Shown here: positions 1-13,042 of the stretch, in pieces
Position numbering within the stretch: position 1 is the first letter of the stretch
Layout: the number at the start of each line of letters is the position of its first letter
Assembly: GCA_030390025.1 (NCBI GenBank)
Contig: CM059433.1
Span: forward strand, 9,922,001 to 9,986,000
Source: Squalus acanthias
Lineage: Eukaryota
DNA length: 64,000 nt
Direction: 5' to 3'
Notes under the pieces: generated by a model
The model's database searches: none
Told to the model about the DNA's origin: nothing
The model's input: only the letters and a program-made list of their open reading frames with translations
Position numbers and translations under genes: made by a program

Positions 1-109
1 AACAAAACAACTTTTACAACAACAGCGACAGCAACAGCAACCACTTAAAAGCATATATCCAGTAATGCCATATTGCCACCCCACCGTCTCAAATCATCAG
101 ACAATCAGC

Positions 110-395
110 CAAGGTTCTATACAAGTTTAACATAACTTATCTGCTTTTGAATTCCATTCCTCTAGAAATGAGCCCCAGTGCTTTATTTGCACTTTTCTGG
201 CTTTTTTAACCTGCGTCGCTACTTTTAATGATTTGTGAATCTATACCCCGAGATCCCTTTGCACCTCTACCCCATTTAGACTCAGATTTTCCAAGAAGTA
301 GGTGGCCTCCTTATTCCTCCCACCAAAATGCACCACCTCACACTTATCTATATTGAAATTCATTTGTCATTTACATGCCCATTCTGCAAGTTTGT
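110..395 (-). mobile_element. Degraded CR1 LINE ORF2 (RT) fragment
   Basis: Reverse strand reads KLAEWACK*QMNFNIDKCEVVHFGGRNKE, the same motif as in the intact CR1 copies in this window. Confidence 0.8.
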
Positions 396-2448
396 TTACG
401 GTAGAATTAATTAAAGGCTTTTAGTTCATCATGTACAAACTCTATTTAATAAAAAATTACTTGTCAGAAATGACTGGGATATAAAAGAACTGCATAATAA
501 AGCATTAGCACTTCAGAAACGTCACTCAGTTACATGGTTATGCATTGACAAACAATCCAAAAGGCCCAAGGTGAGCTGAAAGAAGCATATCTATTCGTGC
601 AATTTGTATTAATTTTAAAGGTTTCAACATATTAGCCCATCTTTCATGTCACTATAGCAGTGGCTGCACAAGCAGCAGGAGCAGCGGCTTTCCTATGGCG
701 CTGACGTGCTGTACATCCACATAAGTAATTGGAATATTAATCACAATGCAACCAGACAACCAACAAATATAAAGTGCTGTAGTTCTTTAGTTCGCAGTAT
801 TAAAAAGAATTGAACAAAAACGGGTATCCGTATTTTCATCTTCAATCGCTTCCATTAATAAACGTGGTCTTCTTGAACCAGCACACCTCCCATGTAACAT
901 GTCAGAAATGCAGCACTTATTCACAAGTGCAGAAAAACACATACACAATTTGCGTCACTGAATTAAAAACAAAAAGCAGGAAAAGCTATGATTTAACAAA
1001 AATAAACATTCATCTTTCTTCCTGGACAGGAGAACCAATCAGATTGACTTGGAAATGTTTACTAATATGTTGACGTAAAGATGTCAATTTACGAATTTTG
1101 TTTCTAATGTTTTTCTCTCAAACATTCTCCACAATATTAATCCCTGCTCTTATCACGAAAAGTGTTCAATTATTTTAGGTACTTCCCAGTTAAATAGTGG
1201 GAAACAAACTTCATTGTACTCTCAATTTTTAATCTCCTATTTCAAACATTTATACCAAATCAAAATTGTACATTATCAGTTTAATCGAAGTATTTTCTGT
1301 GTCTTTCTCAATAAACAAATAGTAGTTTCTTTTAAAGTAGCTTCCTGCAATTTTTATATCTCCTTACATAACTCGTGTTTATATTAACACTCCACTAATG
1401 GTTTAAGAGGAAATCTAGATTTACATTATTCCTGGGACTTGTTCGAACTATAGAACGACAGACAAAATAACATGGTTTGTGTTTTTCCCCTTTTTTGGTT
1501 CTCTTCCTAAACGTCTTAATGATATTTTTTTTAAGTCCATTAAAAGTAATACGTAACTCCTACAAATCCAACCAGCCCTCAACAGCATGGTTGCATGTTT
1601 GTGTAAAGCTACTCACTTCAGTTGATCATTCAAAATCAAATATTGAGAAATTTTATTTTAAAATATTTTAAGCGTTTCAGAACCGCTTTAAAAGCTTCTG
1701 GACTTCAGGACCTGGTTGAAACTTGTTTAGATGAAGGGAAAATTGATTTCTGTTTCTGTTTATTCCAAATTCATATTCGAAACTTAGGGGGGAAAAAGGT
1801 GTTTTTAACACTCATTTTTTGTGAAAAGTTCATTAAAAATCTTTAAATTCTTTCAAGTCTCATTGCTTTGACAGAAGTTGCTCCAAGTTTCTCTTTCCCT
1901 CTTCAACACTGTTGTTAAACATACAACAAAAAATAATAAAATAAACTCTAATTCCAAACGGAGCTCAAATAAGAAAGTGAATAAAGTGGTTAAGCTTCCT
2001 AGAAGGCGGTGAGGTTATCGATCCCCAGTTTGACGCTGAGTTGGGATCAGTTTTGGAGAAGTTGTTTCCTCTTTTTCTGCTGCTGTTCCCTCCGTCTCTC
2101 ACAGACTCTGAGGTACAAACAGGGGCACAAACCTTTTCCCCTCTCTCACAATATGATTTAAATAACCCTGATAGACTCTTTCAAAAAGGGGACACCACCA
2201 GGCAAAATTTAACTGGAACTTAACGCAGGACATTCAACATCACTTTCCCGTATTTTTTTCTGGCTTTAAACAATTTTCTGAATTAAAAAAAAAATTATCA
2301 TTATTGTTTCACCGAGAACCTAAAACCTGTTTACTTTAGTCTCCTTCCAGCGGCCATTGTACATGTGTTGCGCCTCCACCTGTGGTGTTCCAAAGTGCAG
2401 CCGCTGCTCAGTCCCCGGGAACGGACCACACGCGTCTGGACCCTCACC

Positions 2449-5400
2449 CCTCTCTCTGTCCCTTTCTCTCTCTATCTCTCTCTGTCCCTCTCTCTGTCCC
2501 TCTCTCTGTCCCTTTCTCTCTCTCCCTCTCTCTGCCCTCTCTCTCTCTCCCTCTCTCTGTCCCTCTCTCTCTCCATTCCACTCTCCCGCCCTCCGTTCCT
2601 CTCCCTCTCTCCTCCAGTCTCTCTTTCTCCCCCAGTCTCTCTCTCTCTCCCCAGTCTCTCATTCTCTCTCTCCCCAAGTCTCTCTCTCTCTCTCCCCAGT
2701 CTCTCTCTCTCTCTCTCCCCAGTCTCTCTCTCTCTCTCTCTCTCCCCAAGTCTCGCATTCTCTCTCTCCCTATGTCTCTCTCTCTTTCTCTCTCCCCAGT
2801 CTCTCTCTCCCCCTGTCACTCTCTCTCCCCCAGTCTCGCTCTCTCCCCAGTCTCTCTCTCTCTCCCCAGTCTCTCTCTCTCCCTCTCTCTCCCCAAGTCT
2901 CGCATTCTCTCTCTCCCTAAGTCTCTCTCTCTTTCTCTCTCCCCAGTCTCTCTCTCCCCCCAGTCACTCTCTCTCCCCCAGTCTCGCTCTCTCCCCAGTC
3001 TCTCTCTCTCTCCCCAGTCTCTCTCTCTCTCTCTCTCTCCCGTCTCTCTCTCTCCCCAGTCTCTCTCTCTCTCTCTCTCCCCAGCCTCTCTCTCTCTCTC
3101 TCTCTCCCCAGTCTCTCTCTCTCTCTCTCCCCATCCTCTCTCTCTCTCTCTCTCTCTCCCCAGTCTCTCTCTCTCTCTCTCCCCAGTCTCTCTCTCTCTC
3201 TCTCTCCCCCAGTCTCTCTCTCTCTCCCCAGTCTCTCTCTCTCTCTCTCCCCAAGTCTCTCTCTCTCTCCCCAGTCTCTCTCCCTCTCTTCCCCAGTCTC
3301 TCTCCCTCTCTTCCCCAGTCTCTCTCTCTCTCCCCAGTCTCTCTCTCTCTCCCCAGTCTCTCTCTCTCTCCCCAGTCTCTCTCTCTCCCTCCCCAGTCTC
3401 TCTCTCTCTCCCCAGTCTCTCTCCCTCTCCCCAGTCTCTCTCTCTCCCTCCCCAGTCTCTCTCTCTCTCCCCAGTCTCTCTCTCTCTCCCCAGGTCTCTC
3501 TCTCTCTCTCCCCAGTCTCTCTCCCTCTCTCCCCAGTCTCTCTCTCTCTCCCCCAGTCTCTCTCTCTCCCCAGTCTCTCTCTCTCTCCCCAGTCTCTCTC
3601 TCTCTCCCCAGTCTCTCTCCCTCTCTCCCCCAGTCTCTCTCTCTCTCTCCCCAGGTCTCTCTCTCTCCCCAGTCTCTCTCCCTCTCTACCCCAGTCTCTC
3701 TCTCTCTCCCCAGGTCTCTCTCTCTCCCCCAGTCTCTCTCCCTCTCTCCCCCAGTCTCTCTCTCTCTCCCCAGTCACTCTCTCTCCCCAAGTCTTGCTCT
3801 CTCTCCCCCAGTCTCTCTCTCTCTCTCCCCAGTCTCGCTCTCTCTCTCCCCATCTCTCTCTCTCTCTCTCCCCAGTCTCTCTCTCTTCCCCCCAGTCTCT
3901 CTCTCTCTCTGCCCCAGTCTCTCTCTCCATCCCCCGTCTCTCTCTCTCTCTCCCCCAGTCTCTCTCTCTCTCTCCCCCGTCTCTCTCTCTCTCCCCCAGT
4001 CTCTCTCTCTCTCTCCCCGTCTCTCTCTCTTCCCAGTCTCTCTCTCTCTCTCCCCCATCTCTCTCTCTCTCCCCAGTCTCTCTCTCTCCCCAGTCTCTCT
4101 CACTCCTCAGTCTCTCTCTCCCCCAGTCTCGCTCTCCCTCCCCCAGTCTCTCTCTCTCTCCCCCATCTCTCTCTCTCTCCCCAGTCTCTCTCTCTCTCCC
4201 CCAGTCTCTCTCTCTCTCCCCCAGTCTCTCTCTCTCTCTCTCCCTCAGTCTCTCTCTCTCTCCCCCAGTCTCTCGCTCTCTCCCCAGTCTCTCTCTCTCT
4301 CTCTCTCCCCCACTCTCTCTCTCTCTCCCCAGTCTCTCTCTCTCACCACAGTCTCTCTCTCTCTCCCCCAGTCTCTCTCTCTCTCCCCAGTCTCGTTCTC
4401 TTTCCCCCAGTCACTCTCTCTCCCCGTCTCTCTCTCTCTCTCTCCCCAGTCTCTCTCTCTCTCCCCCACTCTCTCTCTCTCTCCCCCAGTCTCTCTCTCT
4501 CACCCCCAGTCTCTCTCTCTCTCCCCAGTCTCGTTCTCTCTCCCCCAGTCTCTCTCTCTCTCCCCGTCTCATTCTCTCTCTCCAGTCTCTCTCTCTCTCC
4601 CTCTCCCCCAGTCTCTCTCTCTCTCCCCAGTCTCGTTCTCTCTCCCCCCGTCTCTCTCTCTCTCCCCAGTCTCTCTCTCTCTCCCCAGTCTCATTCTCTC
4701 TCCCCAGTCTTGCTCTCTGCTCAGTCTCGCTCTCTCCCCCAGTCTCTCTCTCTCTCTCCCCATCTCATTCTCTCTCCCCCGTCTCTCTCTCTCTCCCCGT
4801 CTCTCTCTCTCTCTCCCCGTCTCTCTCTCTCTCTCTCTCCCCCCAGTCTCTCTCTCTCTCCCCGTCTCTCTCTCTCTCTCCCCCATCTCTCTTACTCTCC
4901 CCCAATCTCTCTCTCTCTCCCCTGTCTCTTTCTCTCTCCCCCAGTCTCTCTCTCTCTCTCCCCGTCTCTCTCTCTCTCCTCCAGTCTCTCTCTCTCCCCA
5001 TCTCTCTCTCTCTCCCCATCTCTTTTGCTCTCCCCCAATCTCTCTCTCTCTACCCAGTCTCTCTCTCTCTCTCTCCCCCAGTCTCTCCCTCTCTCTCCCC
5101 TGTCTCTCTCACTCTCCCCCAGTTTCTCTCTCTCTCCCCCGTCTCTCTCTCTCTCTACCCCAGTCTCTCTCTCTCTCGCCAGTCTCTCTCTCTCCCCAGG
5201 TCTCTCTTCTCTCTCTCTTCCCCAGTACTCTCTCTCTCTCTCTCTCCCCAGTCTCTCTCTCTCTCTCTCCCCAGTCTCTCTCTCTCTCTCCCCAGTCTCA
5301 CTCTCTCTCTCTCTCCCCCCAGTCTCTCTCCTCTCTTCCCCCCAAGGGTCTCTCCTCTCTCTCTCCCCCCAGATCTCTCTCTCTCTCTCCCCCGTTCTCT

Positions 5401-6341
5401 CTCTCGCTTTCCCCAGTCTCTCTCTCTCTCTCTCCCAGTCTCTCTCTCTCTCTCCCTGTATCTCTTCTCTCCCCCCCAGTCTCTCTCTCTCTCTGCCCAA
5501 GTTCTCTCTCTCCTCTCCCCAGTCTCTCTCTCTCTCTCCCCAGGTCTCTCTCTCCCCTATCCCCAGTCTCTCTCTCTCTCTCTCCCCCCGTCTCTCTCTT
5601 CTCTCTCTCTCCCCACGTCTCTCTCTCTCTCACCCCGTCTCTCTCTCTCTCTCTCTCTCCCCGTCTCTCTCTCTCTCTCCCCCCCAGTCTCTCTCTCTCT
5701 CCCCGTCTCTCTCTCTCTCTCTCTCCCCGTCTCTCTCTCTCTCTCCCCCCCAGTCTCTCTCTCTCTCACCGTCTCTCTCTCTCTCTCTCTCCCCGTCTCT
5801 CTCTCTCTCTCCCCCCCGTCTCTCTCTCTCTCCCCGTCTCTCTCTCTCTCTCTCTCCCCGTCTCTCTCTCTCTCTCCCCCCAGTCTCGCTCTCTCCCCGC
5901 CTCTCTCTCTCTCCCCCGTCTCTCTCTCTCTCTCCCCCAGTCTCTCTCACCCCCAGTCTCTCTCTCTCTCTCCCCAGTCTCTCTCTCTCTCGCCCCGTCT
6001 CTCTCTCTCTCTCACCCCCAGTCTCTCTCTCTCTCTCCCCATCTCTCTCTCTCTCTCTCTCCCCGTCTCTCTCTCTCTCTCCCCCCAGTCTCTCTCTCTC
6101 TCCCCGTCTCTCTCTCTCTCTCCCCCCCAGTCTCGCTCTCCCCCCTGTCTCTCTCTCTCTCCCCATCTCTCTCTCTCTCTCTCTCCCCGTCTCTCTCTCT
6201 CTCTCCCCCCAGTCTCTCTTTCTCTCCCCGTCTCTCTCTCTCTCTCCCCCCCAGTCTCGCTCTCTCCCCGCCTCTCTCTCTCTCCCCCGTCTCTCTCTCT
6301 CCCCTGTCTCTCTCCTTCCCCCTCCGATTCCCTCTCTCTCC
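2449..6341. repeat. ~3.9 kb polypyrimidine satellite, unit CCCC(A)GT(CT)n
   Basis: Directly visible; + strand is almost entirely C/T, with variable (CT)n runs separated by CCCCAGT, CCCCGT or CCCCAT. Confidence 0.98.
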
Positions 6342-6349
6342 ATTTTCGA

Positions 6350-6810
6350 TTCTCGATCTTGCCCCCACCGGCCACCCTCATGCACCCTCCTGACCTCTGC
6401 ACGGAGCCAACGAAAGTGTGGTCCAGCTGGGTACTGCGCATTCGCGGCTCCGGTATCTCGCGAGCCGGCGCTGAAGGCTGAAAGGCGAATAATCTGAGCG
6501 TGGGGGATTCTCCCGCTGTCCAGCTGAAAGGTCAAAGTTCAAGAGAGAAAACCAGACCCTCCCGACATTACACAGCAACCCATCAACCATCGGAACACAA
6601 CTTCAAGAGCTGCAATTGCGATTGGCTCTGGGGTTGCAAGACTCGCAAACGAGTCTGTCTGGATTCCCGGGGCCATTGTGTATTGGGCCCCTCCCCCAAC
6701 CCCAGCTACTGTCCAGCTCTCTGCGCGGCATTTCAATTCAACTGCGCGCGAGCTCGGGGATCAGAGCACCCGCACACCTTAGGGGGAACAGTGGTGACCA
6801 TTGGGTGCCG
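6350..6810. promoter_or_regulatory. CpG-rich putative promoter
   Basis: High CpG density in non-repeat sequence; TCTCGCGAG at 6456-6464 (9/10 of the TCTCGCGAGA BANP/CGCG element); NRF1-like TGCGCATTCGCG at 6435-6446; reverse CCAAT box CGATTGGCT around 6621. Confidence 0.5.
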
Positions 6811-7040
6811 CTCAGGGAAAGATCAAACAGCTGATGTTAGCAATGCTTAGAAAGCCTCTGCCATTTTGAGGAGGCCCCTCAGTCCACTCATACTGGCTAG
6901 CAGTTTAATTCCCACATTGCGGGCAAGAATGGACCATCCTGGCATTAGGAAGATCCTGGCCAAGACTGCAAAATTCATAAACGTGGCCTTGCAGTAACCA
7001 CGCATGCGTGTTTTTTGCACGTGCACAGTCGCTTTGAAGT

Positions 7041-7464
7041 TACATTCACGAGAGTTGAGAAGAATGAGAGGGGATCTCATTGAAACATATAAAATTCTGA
7101 CAGGGCTAGACAGACTGGATGCAGGGAGGATGTTTCCCCTGGCTGGGGGGTCTAGAACGAGGGGTCACAGTCTCAGGATATGGGGTAGGACATTTAGGAC
7201 TGAGATGAGGAGAAATTTCTTCACCCAGAGGGTGGTGAACCTGTGGAATTCTCTACCACAGAAGGCTGTGGAGGCCAAGTCACTGAATATATTTAAGAAG
7301 GAGAGAGATAGATTTCTAGACACAAAGGCATCGAGGGGTATGGGGAGAGAGCGGGAATATGGTATTGAGATAAAGGATCAGCCATGATCATATTGAATGG
7401 CGGAGCAGGCTCGAAGGGCCGACTGGCCTACTCCTGCTCCTATTTTTCTATGTTTCTATGTTTC
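7041..7464 (+). mobile_element. 5'-truncated CR1 LINE, 3' end
   Basis: RRMRGDLIETYKIL...FFTQRVVNLWNSLP motif, 3' UTR hairpin and (TTTCTATG)n tail. Confidence 0.93.
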
Positions 7465-7884
7465 ACAATATAAAACAGGGCCAATTTGCGTTATATTAAG
7501 GAAATGCTTTCAATGGAAGCGGTTCTGTAATATAAGTGGGTTCTGACCATTCTGCGATGAATGTGGAGCTCATACATAATATTGGACAAATATTTTACTT
7601 ATATGCAGCCCTGAAATGAATAGAAAATCAACATTACAAATTCTTGCAAATAAACTTGCCTTGCTTTTGCCTGATTTGCTCGTGCACTCAGGAGCCCTTG
7701 TTCACATGTCTGATCAAAAGTTAATAAACAGCGTCTTATTAACTCAAACCGCAATGAAACTGGAATTACAAGCAATGCTGATTGATCAGGTACAGTGTGC
7801 TGCTTATTCACACAAAATGTTCCATTATCTGCAGTGTAGCAATATTTGCAGGCCAAAAGCAACAGAGCAAACAGAGAATGAGAT

Positions 7885-8614
7885 GGCCTTTCCACCTCCC
7901 TTGGAATGGTCACCCTAGTGAGCGAACCTTTGCTCTACGCAAGCAGGACAGGCTGACTGGGAGAGGGATAGCTCGGTGCCCTGTGCAGGACTCCGGCAAT
8001 CGGATGGAAATCGCTTGTTGCACTCATGAAGGTGAGAGAAAGATTTTAACATACTGCGGAAGGCCCAAAAGTGAAAATTCAAGAACAAAAATAATGAACA
8101 GTCTCCTCTTCTGGTACACTCAAGATGCACTGCAGCAACTCGCCAAGGCTTCTTCGGCAGCACCTCCCAAACCCGCGACCACTTCCACCCAGAAGGACAA
8201 GGGCAGCAGGCGCATGGGAACACCACCACCTCCCAAGTTCCCCCCTCCAAGTCACACACCATCCTGACTTAGAAGTATATCGGCCGTTCCTTCATCGTTG
8301 CTGGGTCAAAATCCTGAAACTTCCTCCCTAACAGCACTATGGGAGCACCTTCACCACATGGACTGCAGCGGTTCAAGAAGGCTGCTCACCACCACCTTCT
8401 CAAGGGATGGGCAATAAATGCTGGCCTTGCCAGCAATGCCCAGATCCTATAAGCGAATATCAAAAAATATATATATTTTTCTTAATCGGTGGGCCTATGC
8501 ACTGGGAGGGCGGGTAGACTGTTGGAGCAGCAGGGGCGCTGAATTGGGAGAGAAGACCCTGCAACAACTTCTTTCTGATCACTAGGGTGACTATTCCAAG
8601 GAGGTGTAAAGGCC
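7885..8614. mobile_element. Non-autonomous DNA transposon (MITE) with ~35 bp TIRs, interrupted by a LINE fragment
   Basis: Left GGCCTTTCCACCTCCCTTGGAATGGTCACCCTAGTGA versus reverse complement of right end GGCCTTTACACCTCCTTGGAATAGTCACCCTAGTGA; no clear TSD. Confidence 0.7.
8110..8460 (+). mobile_element. CR1-group (Zenon-like) LINE 3' fragment
   Basis: KMHCSNSPRLLRQHLPNPRPLPPRRTRAA and 3' end GGGCAATAAATGCTGGCCTTGCCAGC shared with 22866-24055. Confidence 0.85.
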
Positions 8615-9124
8615 TACAATTCAGCAATCTGCTGTTTTTTAGTGAGCTGAATAGCTTGTGCCAATTTCATGTTCAAGCCTCATTAAGGCCCCAGATTTAA
8701 TGCACAATGATTTAGCTGAAGAACTGGTACAATTCAGTGGTATTTTTTTCTAGTGCGCTCGTTTGAAATGTGAACAAGGGAAGTTCCATCTGTGCAGGAG
8801 CTCTTTCCAGTCCCTTTTTAGTATAATGGTTTTATTGGACAATTTTCCATATCCCAGAAATTATTATTAATGATTTTTCAGAACTACTTTGGTGCTCATT
8901 TTTTTTTTAACTCCTTAACGCAATTTTGTTTTTAAAGCACCTCAGTAAAGTATTTTATGATCAAGGTAGTACAGGAGGGAAGAGGGCATACCAGGGAGAT
9001 CTGCAAACCCTGGACAATTCTGTGGATGCTGTTGATCCAGGACAGCTACTCAGCTTGCTATGGGTCGGCTGATTAGAGCTTCAACATTTTCAGCAAGGCC
9101 ATCTGCAGCCAACTACCAACATAA

Positions 9125-9410
9125 GGACCACCTAGAAGGACAAGGGCAGCAGGCGCGTGAGAACACCACCGCCTCTAAGTTCCCCTCCAAGTCACACACA
9201 ATCCTGACTTTGAAGTATATCGCCGATCCTTCATCGTCGCTGGGTCAAAATCCTGAAACTCCCTCCCTAACAGCACTGTGGGAGTACCTTCACCACACGG
9301 ACTGAAGCGGTTCAAGAAGGCGGCTCACCACCACCTTCTCAAGGGCGGCTAGGGATGGGCAGTAAATGCTGGCCTTGCCAGCGACGCCCACATCCTATAA
9401 ACGAAAAAAA
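9125..9410 (+). mobile_element. CR1-group (Zenon-like) LINE 3' fragment
   Basis: Closely similar to the 3' part of 22866-24055. Confidence 0.85.
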
Positions 9411-10017
9411 TAAATAAGGATGGCACTATATGTGGTTGGCAAAGTTACCACTACCATCATGGGTATGCATGAGATGCAATGAAAGAGCTGTAAGATTGTG
9501 CAGTGCCATCAGGTTGCCCTGGAGTGCTAACAGGCCAGGCCTCCTTGCACACAGCTCAGGAAGCATAAAGTGTCTTTTGCCAGCCATCAAACAGGGGGTT
9601 AGCTTAGCGGCAGTGCCACTCTGCCATTTGCCCCCAGATTCCATCTTGTGCTTCCACGTTGCGTCGTCTGTCCTTTCTTCCTTGCCCGTCATTTCTCCCC
9701 TCCCATAAATTCTCTGCAAAGGAATTCTCATTTGAGCCACTTTGAGATTTTAAGCAGGCTCCAATATTTTTGTCCCCGTTACACGCAGCTACTTACCTTG
9801 AAGTGGCTGCATCCCTTTCACTTTGAGCATCAGCCTTTTGAGAGCTGCACGCTCTCAATTCTGTGGTGTTGACTTCATTACATGCCCTGCACAAAGCTCA
9901 AAGGTGTAAAGGGAGCATTTGTAAATCACATTCCTGGGTGATCTGGCAGCATCTGGTGAGGCCAGCTCATTGCTCTGGTGATGCAAGACTTGGGCTTGTG
10001 CTGTGGTCCCAGTGATT

Positions 10018-10649
10018 ACATAAGAACATAAGAAATAGGAGCGGGAGTAGGCCATTCGGCCCTTCGAGCCTTCTCCGCCATTCAATGAGATCATGGCTGA
10101 TCTTCTGCCTCAACTCCATTCACCGGCCCTATCGCCAAATCCCTTGATGCCTTTACTAGTCAGAAATCTATCGACTTCTGTTTTGAACATACCCAATGAC
10201 TGAGCCTCCACAGCCCTCTGGGGTAGAGAATTCCAAAGATTCACCACCCTCTGTGTGAAGAAATTTCTTCTCATCTCAGTCTTGAATGGCCTACCCTTTA
10301 TCCTGAGGCTGTGGCCCCTGGTTCTAGACTCCCCAGCCAAGGGAAACATTCTCCCAGCATCCACCCCATCAAGCCCTGTAATAATTTTGTATGCTTCAAT
10401 GAGATCCCCTCTCATTCTTCTGAATTCAAGAGAATACAGGCCTAGTCTACTCAATCTCTTCTCATACGACAGTCCCGCCATCCCAGGAATCAATCTCATG
10501 AACCTTCGTTGCACTCCCTCTATGGCAAGTATATCCTTCCTTAGGCAAGGAGACCAAAATTGTACACAGTACTCCAGGTGTGGTCTCACCAAGGCCCTAT
10601 ATAATTGGAGTAAGACTTCTTTACTCCTGTACTCAAATCCTCTTGTAAT
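10018..10649 (-). mobile_element. 5'-truncated CR1 LINE
   Basis: ORF with LYRALVRPHLEYCVQFWSP...WNSLPQ; tail read as (CATAAGAA)n on + strand. Confidence 0.93.
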
Positions 10650-11156
10650 GATTTCTTTGCTGGGATCGCTGGTTTGGCCATTTAATGCAAACTTCACAAA
10701 TAAATAATAACAGTGGTATTGGATGGTATCAGCTCGCTCGTCTTCCCCCACAATGAGCCGTATATCATGTGACCATTCACTTGAATCTTTTTCTCAGTTT
10801 ACTTCTCTCCTCTCCCGAAGGCAGTAACTGATGCAGGAGTGCAGTTATATGGGCACTGCCATTGTTCTAGTATCATGCATAATAAGCCCAAGGCACTTTT
10901 CATTCGTGCACACACTAACTTTAAATTCTGTTTCTAGACTGCCAGTGCAGCTCATCCACAGCAGGAATGTGGTGCATGGCTTTCAGGACAACACGATCCA
11001 TTCTGTATCGGTTTATAATTTACAATACCTTCAACTATTAACTAGTAATCTTCGATCTCACAACTTCAGCTCCACGCTATCACAGATATCAATGATGGCC
11101 ATATCAGTTCATTTGTCAAGAATTTAGGGAGGGGAAAGTGAACTCAGGTTTCCCAG

Positions 11157-11676
11157 GGGCTGGATTTTGTCTTGGGGTCGGGTTGGGGTCGTGTCATCCG
11201 CATTTCGTGTTCCCCCCCCCGACTCCAGATTAATGTGGATGAATGATGCAATTTTCACTTAATTGGGGAAAGAAAGAAAGAAAGAAAGAAAGTCTCTGAA
11301 GCAGCATCAACTTTCAGACCTAATACACATCTCCGTTGTAATAGTGGACCTGCAGCTGATAGTCAGCTGTCCACTTGTGCTCCCGCCAGGTTTCACTGGC
11401 GTGTTTCACATCAGGCGTACTTCACGTCGGAAAAGGGTTAAACTAGCTAAAACATTTCAAAATGGCATTACAGAGCCAATTTAGGGCTTGTTAAGGGCTT
11501 TAATGGCCTCTCCCGCCTCTTGGAGGCGGGACGGAGTCGGGAACCCCGCGACTGATTTTGTCAAAATTGCATGGAGCCGGGATGGAGTCGGGATGGGGTT
11601 GGGACCCCCGACCCCGCAAATTTAACCCCCCACACGCCTCCAAACCCGACTCCACGGGTCATTCAAAATCCAGCCA
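11157..11676. mobile_element. MITE, Harbinger-type termini
   Basis: TIR GGCTGGATTTTG ... CAAAATCCAGCC with GC-rich subterminal inverted segments. Confidence 0.7.
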
Positions 11677-12030
11677 AGATCTCTGTCTCTGTGCGGTGTT
11701 GGGTGAGGACAGGATTGGGTTTGGTTCAATCCTGTTCTGGAATAAATTTTGAGGGAATTTATTTAACTCTGAAGTAAAACTACATTGCACTTCTCTCACA
11801 AGCGCTTCATACCAGCAACAATTATGTCTAGGACCACTGTTTTCACTCAGGTGTTACACCCTTGTTCAAAAAAGGGTGCAAGGATAATCCCAGCAACTAC
11901 AGGCCGGTCAGTTTAACCTCGGTAGTGGGGAAGCTTTTAGAAACGATAATCAGGAACAAAATTAACAGTCACTTGGACAAGTGTGGATTAACTAAGGAAA
12001 GCCAGCACGGATTTGCTTAAGGCAATTCGT

Positions 12031-12657
12031 CAGATTGGGTGACCGCTTTGCAGAACACCTCCGTTCAGTCTGTAAGGGGGACCCCGAGCTTCCGGTCACC
12101 TGCCACTTTAATTCTCCGCTCCACTCCCACTCAGACCTCACCGTCCTCGGCCTCTTACACTGTTTCACTGAAGCTCAACGTAAGCTCGAGGAACAGCACC
12201 TCATCTTTCGATTAGGCACTTTACAACCTTCTGGACTCAACATAGAGTTCAACAATTTCAGATCATAACCTCGGCCCCTATCATATATATTTTTTTTCCA
12301 CACTTTTTTTTCTCTTCTCTCCCACATGGCAGCTGTCTTTCATTCTGCCAGCGCAATTCACACTTCATCTAGAGTCATCCTTTGTTCCTTAACCTGTCCC
12401 ATTACCATCTCCTTTTGCCTTGAATATCTCTTAATGTCTCTTAACCTCTCCTGCCTTCCATCCTATCACAGACCTTCCCTTTTGTTCTTTCAACCCCTCC
12501 CCCCTTTCCCAGCTCCCACACTTGCTTAAAAATCTGTTCCATTTCCTGCTTTTTTCCAGTTCCGACGAAAGGTCATCGACCTGAAACGTTAACTCTGTTT
12601 CTCTCTTCACAGATGCTGCCTGACCTGCTGAGTATCTCCAGCATTTTCTGTTTTTAT
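12031..12657 (+). mobile_element. Penelope-like element, family B, 3' fragment (GIY-YIG C-terminus plus pseudo-LTR)
   Basis: GDRFAEHLRSV...PVTCHFNS...RKLEEQHLIFRLGTLQPSGLNIEF; short TTCGT duplication at the flanks; hammerhead motif at 12558-12594 with a CUGA>CCGA core change. Confidence 0.85.
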
Positions 12658-13042
12658 TTCGTGTTTAACCAACTTGATTGAGTTTTTTGATGAGGTAACA
12701 GAGAGGGTTGATGAGGGTTGAGGTGGTGTACATGGATTTCCAAAAGGCGTTTGATAATGTGCCACATAATAGGCTTGCCAGCAAAGCTGAAGCCCATAGA
12801 ATAAAAGGGACAGTGGCAGCATGGATACGAAATTTTCTAAGTGACAGGAAACAGAGAGTAGTGGTGAACGGTTGTTTTTCGGACTGGAGGAAGGTATACA
12901 GTGGTGTTCCCAGGGGTCAGTTCTAGTACCACTGCTTTGCTTGATATATATTAATGACTTGGACGTGGGTGTACAGGGCACAATTTCAAAATTTGCAGAT
13001 GACACAAAACTTGGAAGTATAGTGAACAGTGAGGAGGATAGT

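Noticed and set aside
400..2340. Host coding exons in the AT-rich unique segment
   Set aside because: Only short ORFs with no recognisable motifs in the frames I checked
2357..6535. Very long ORFs (up to 1371 aa) of SLSL/ERER composition
   Set aside because: They result from a stop-poor CT/GA satellite, are open in several frames and have no domain content
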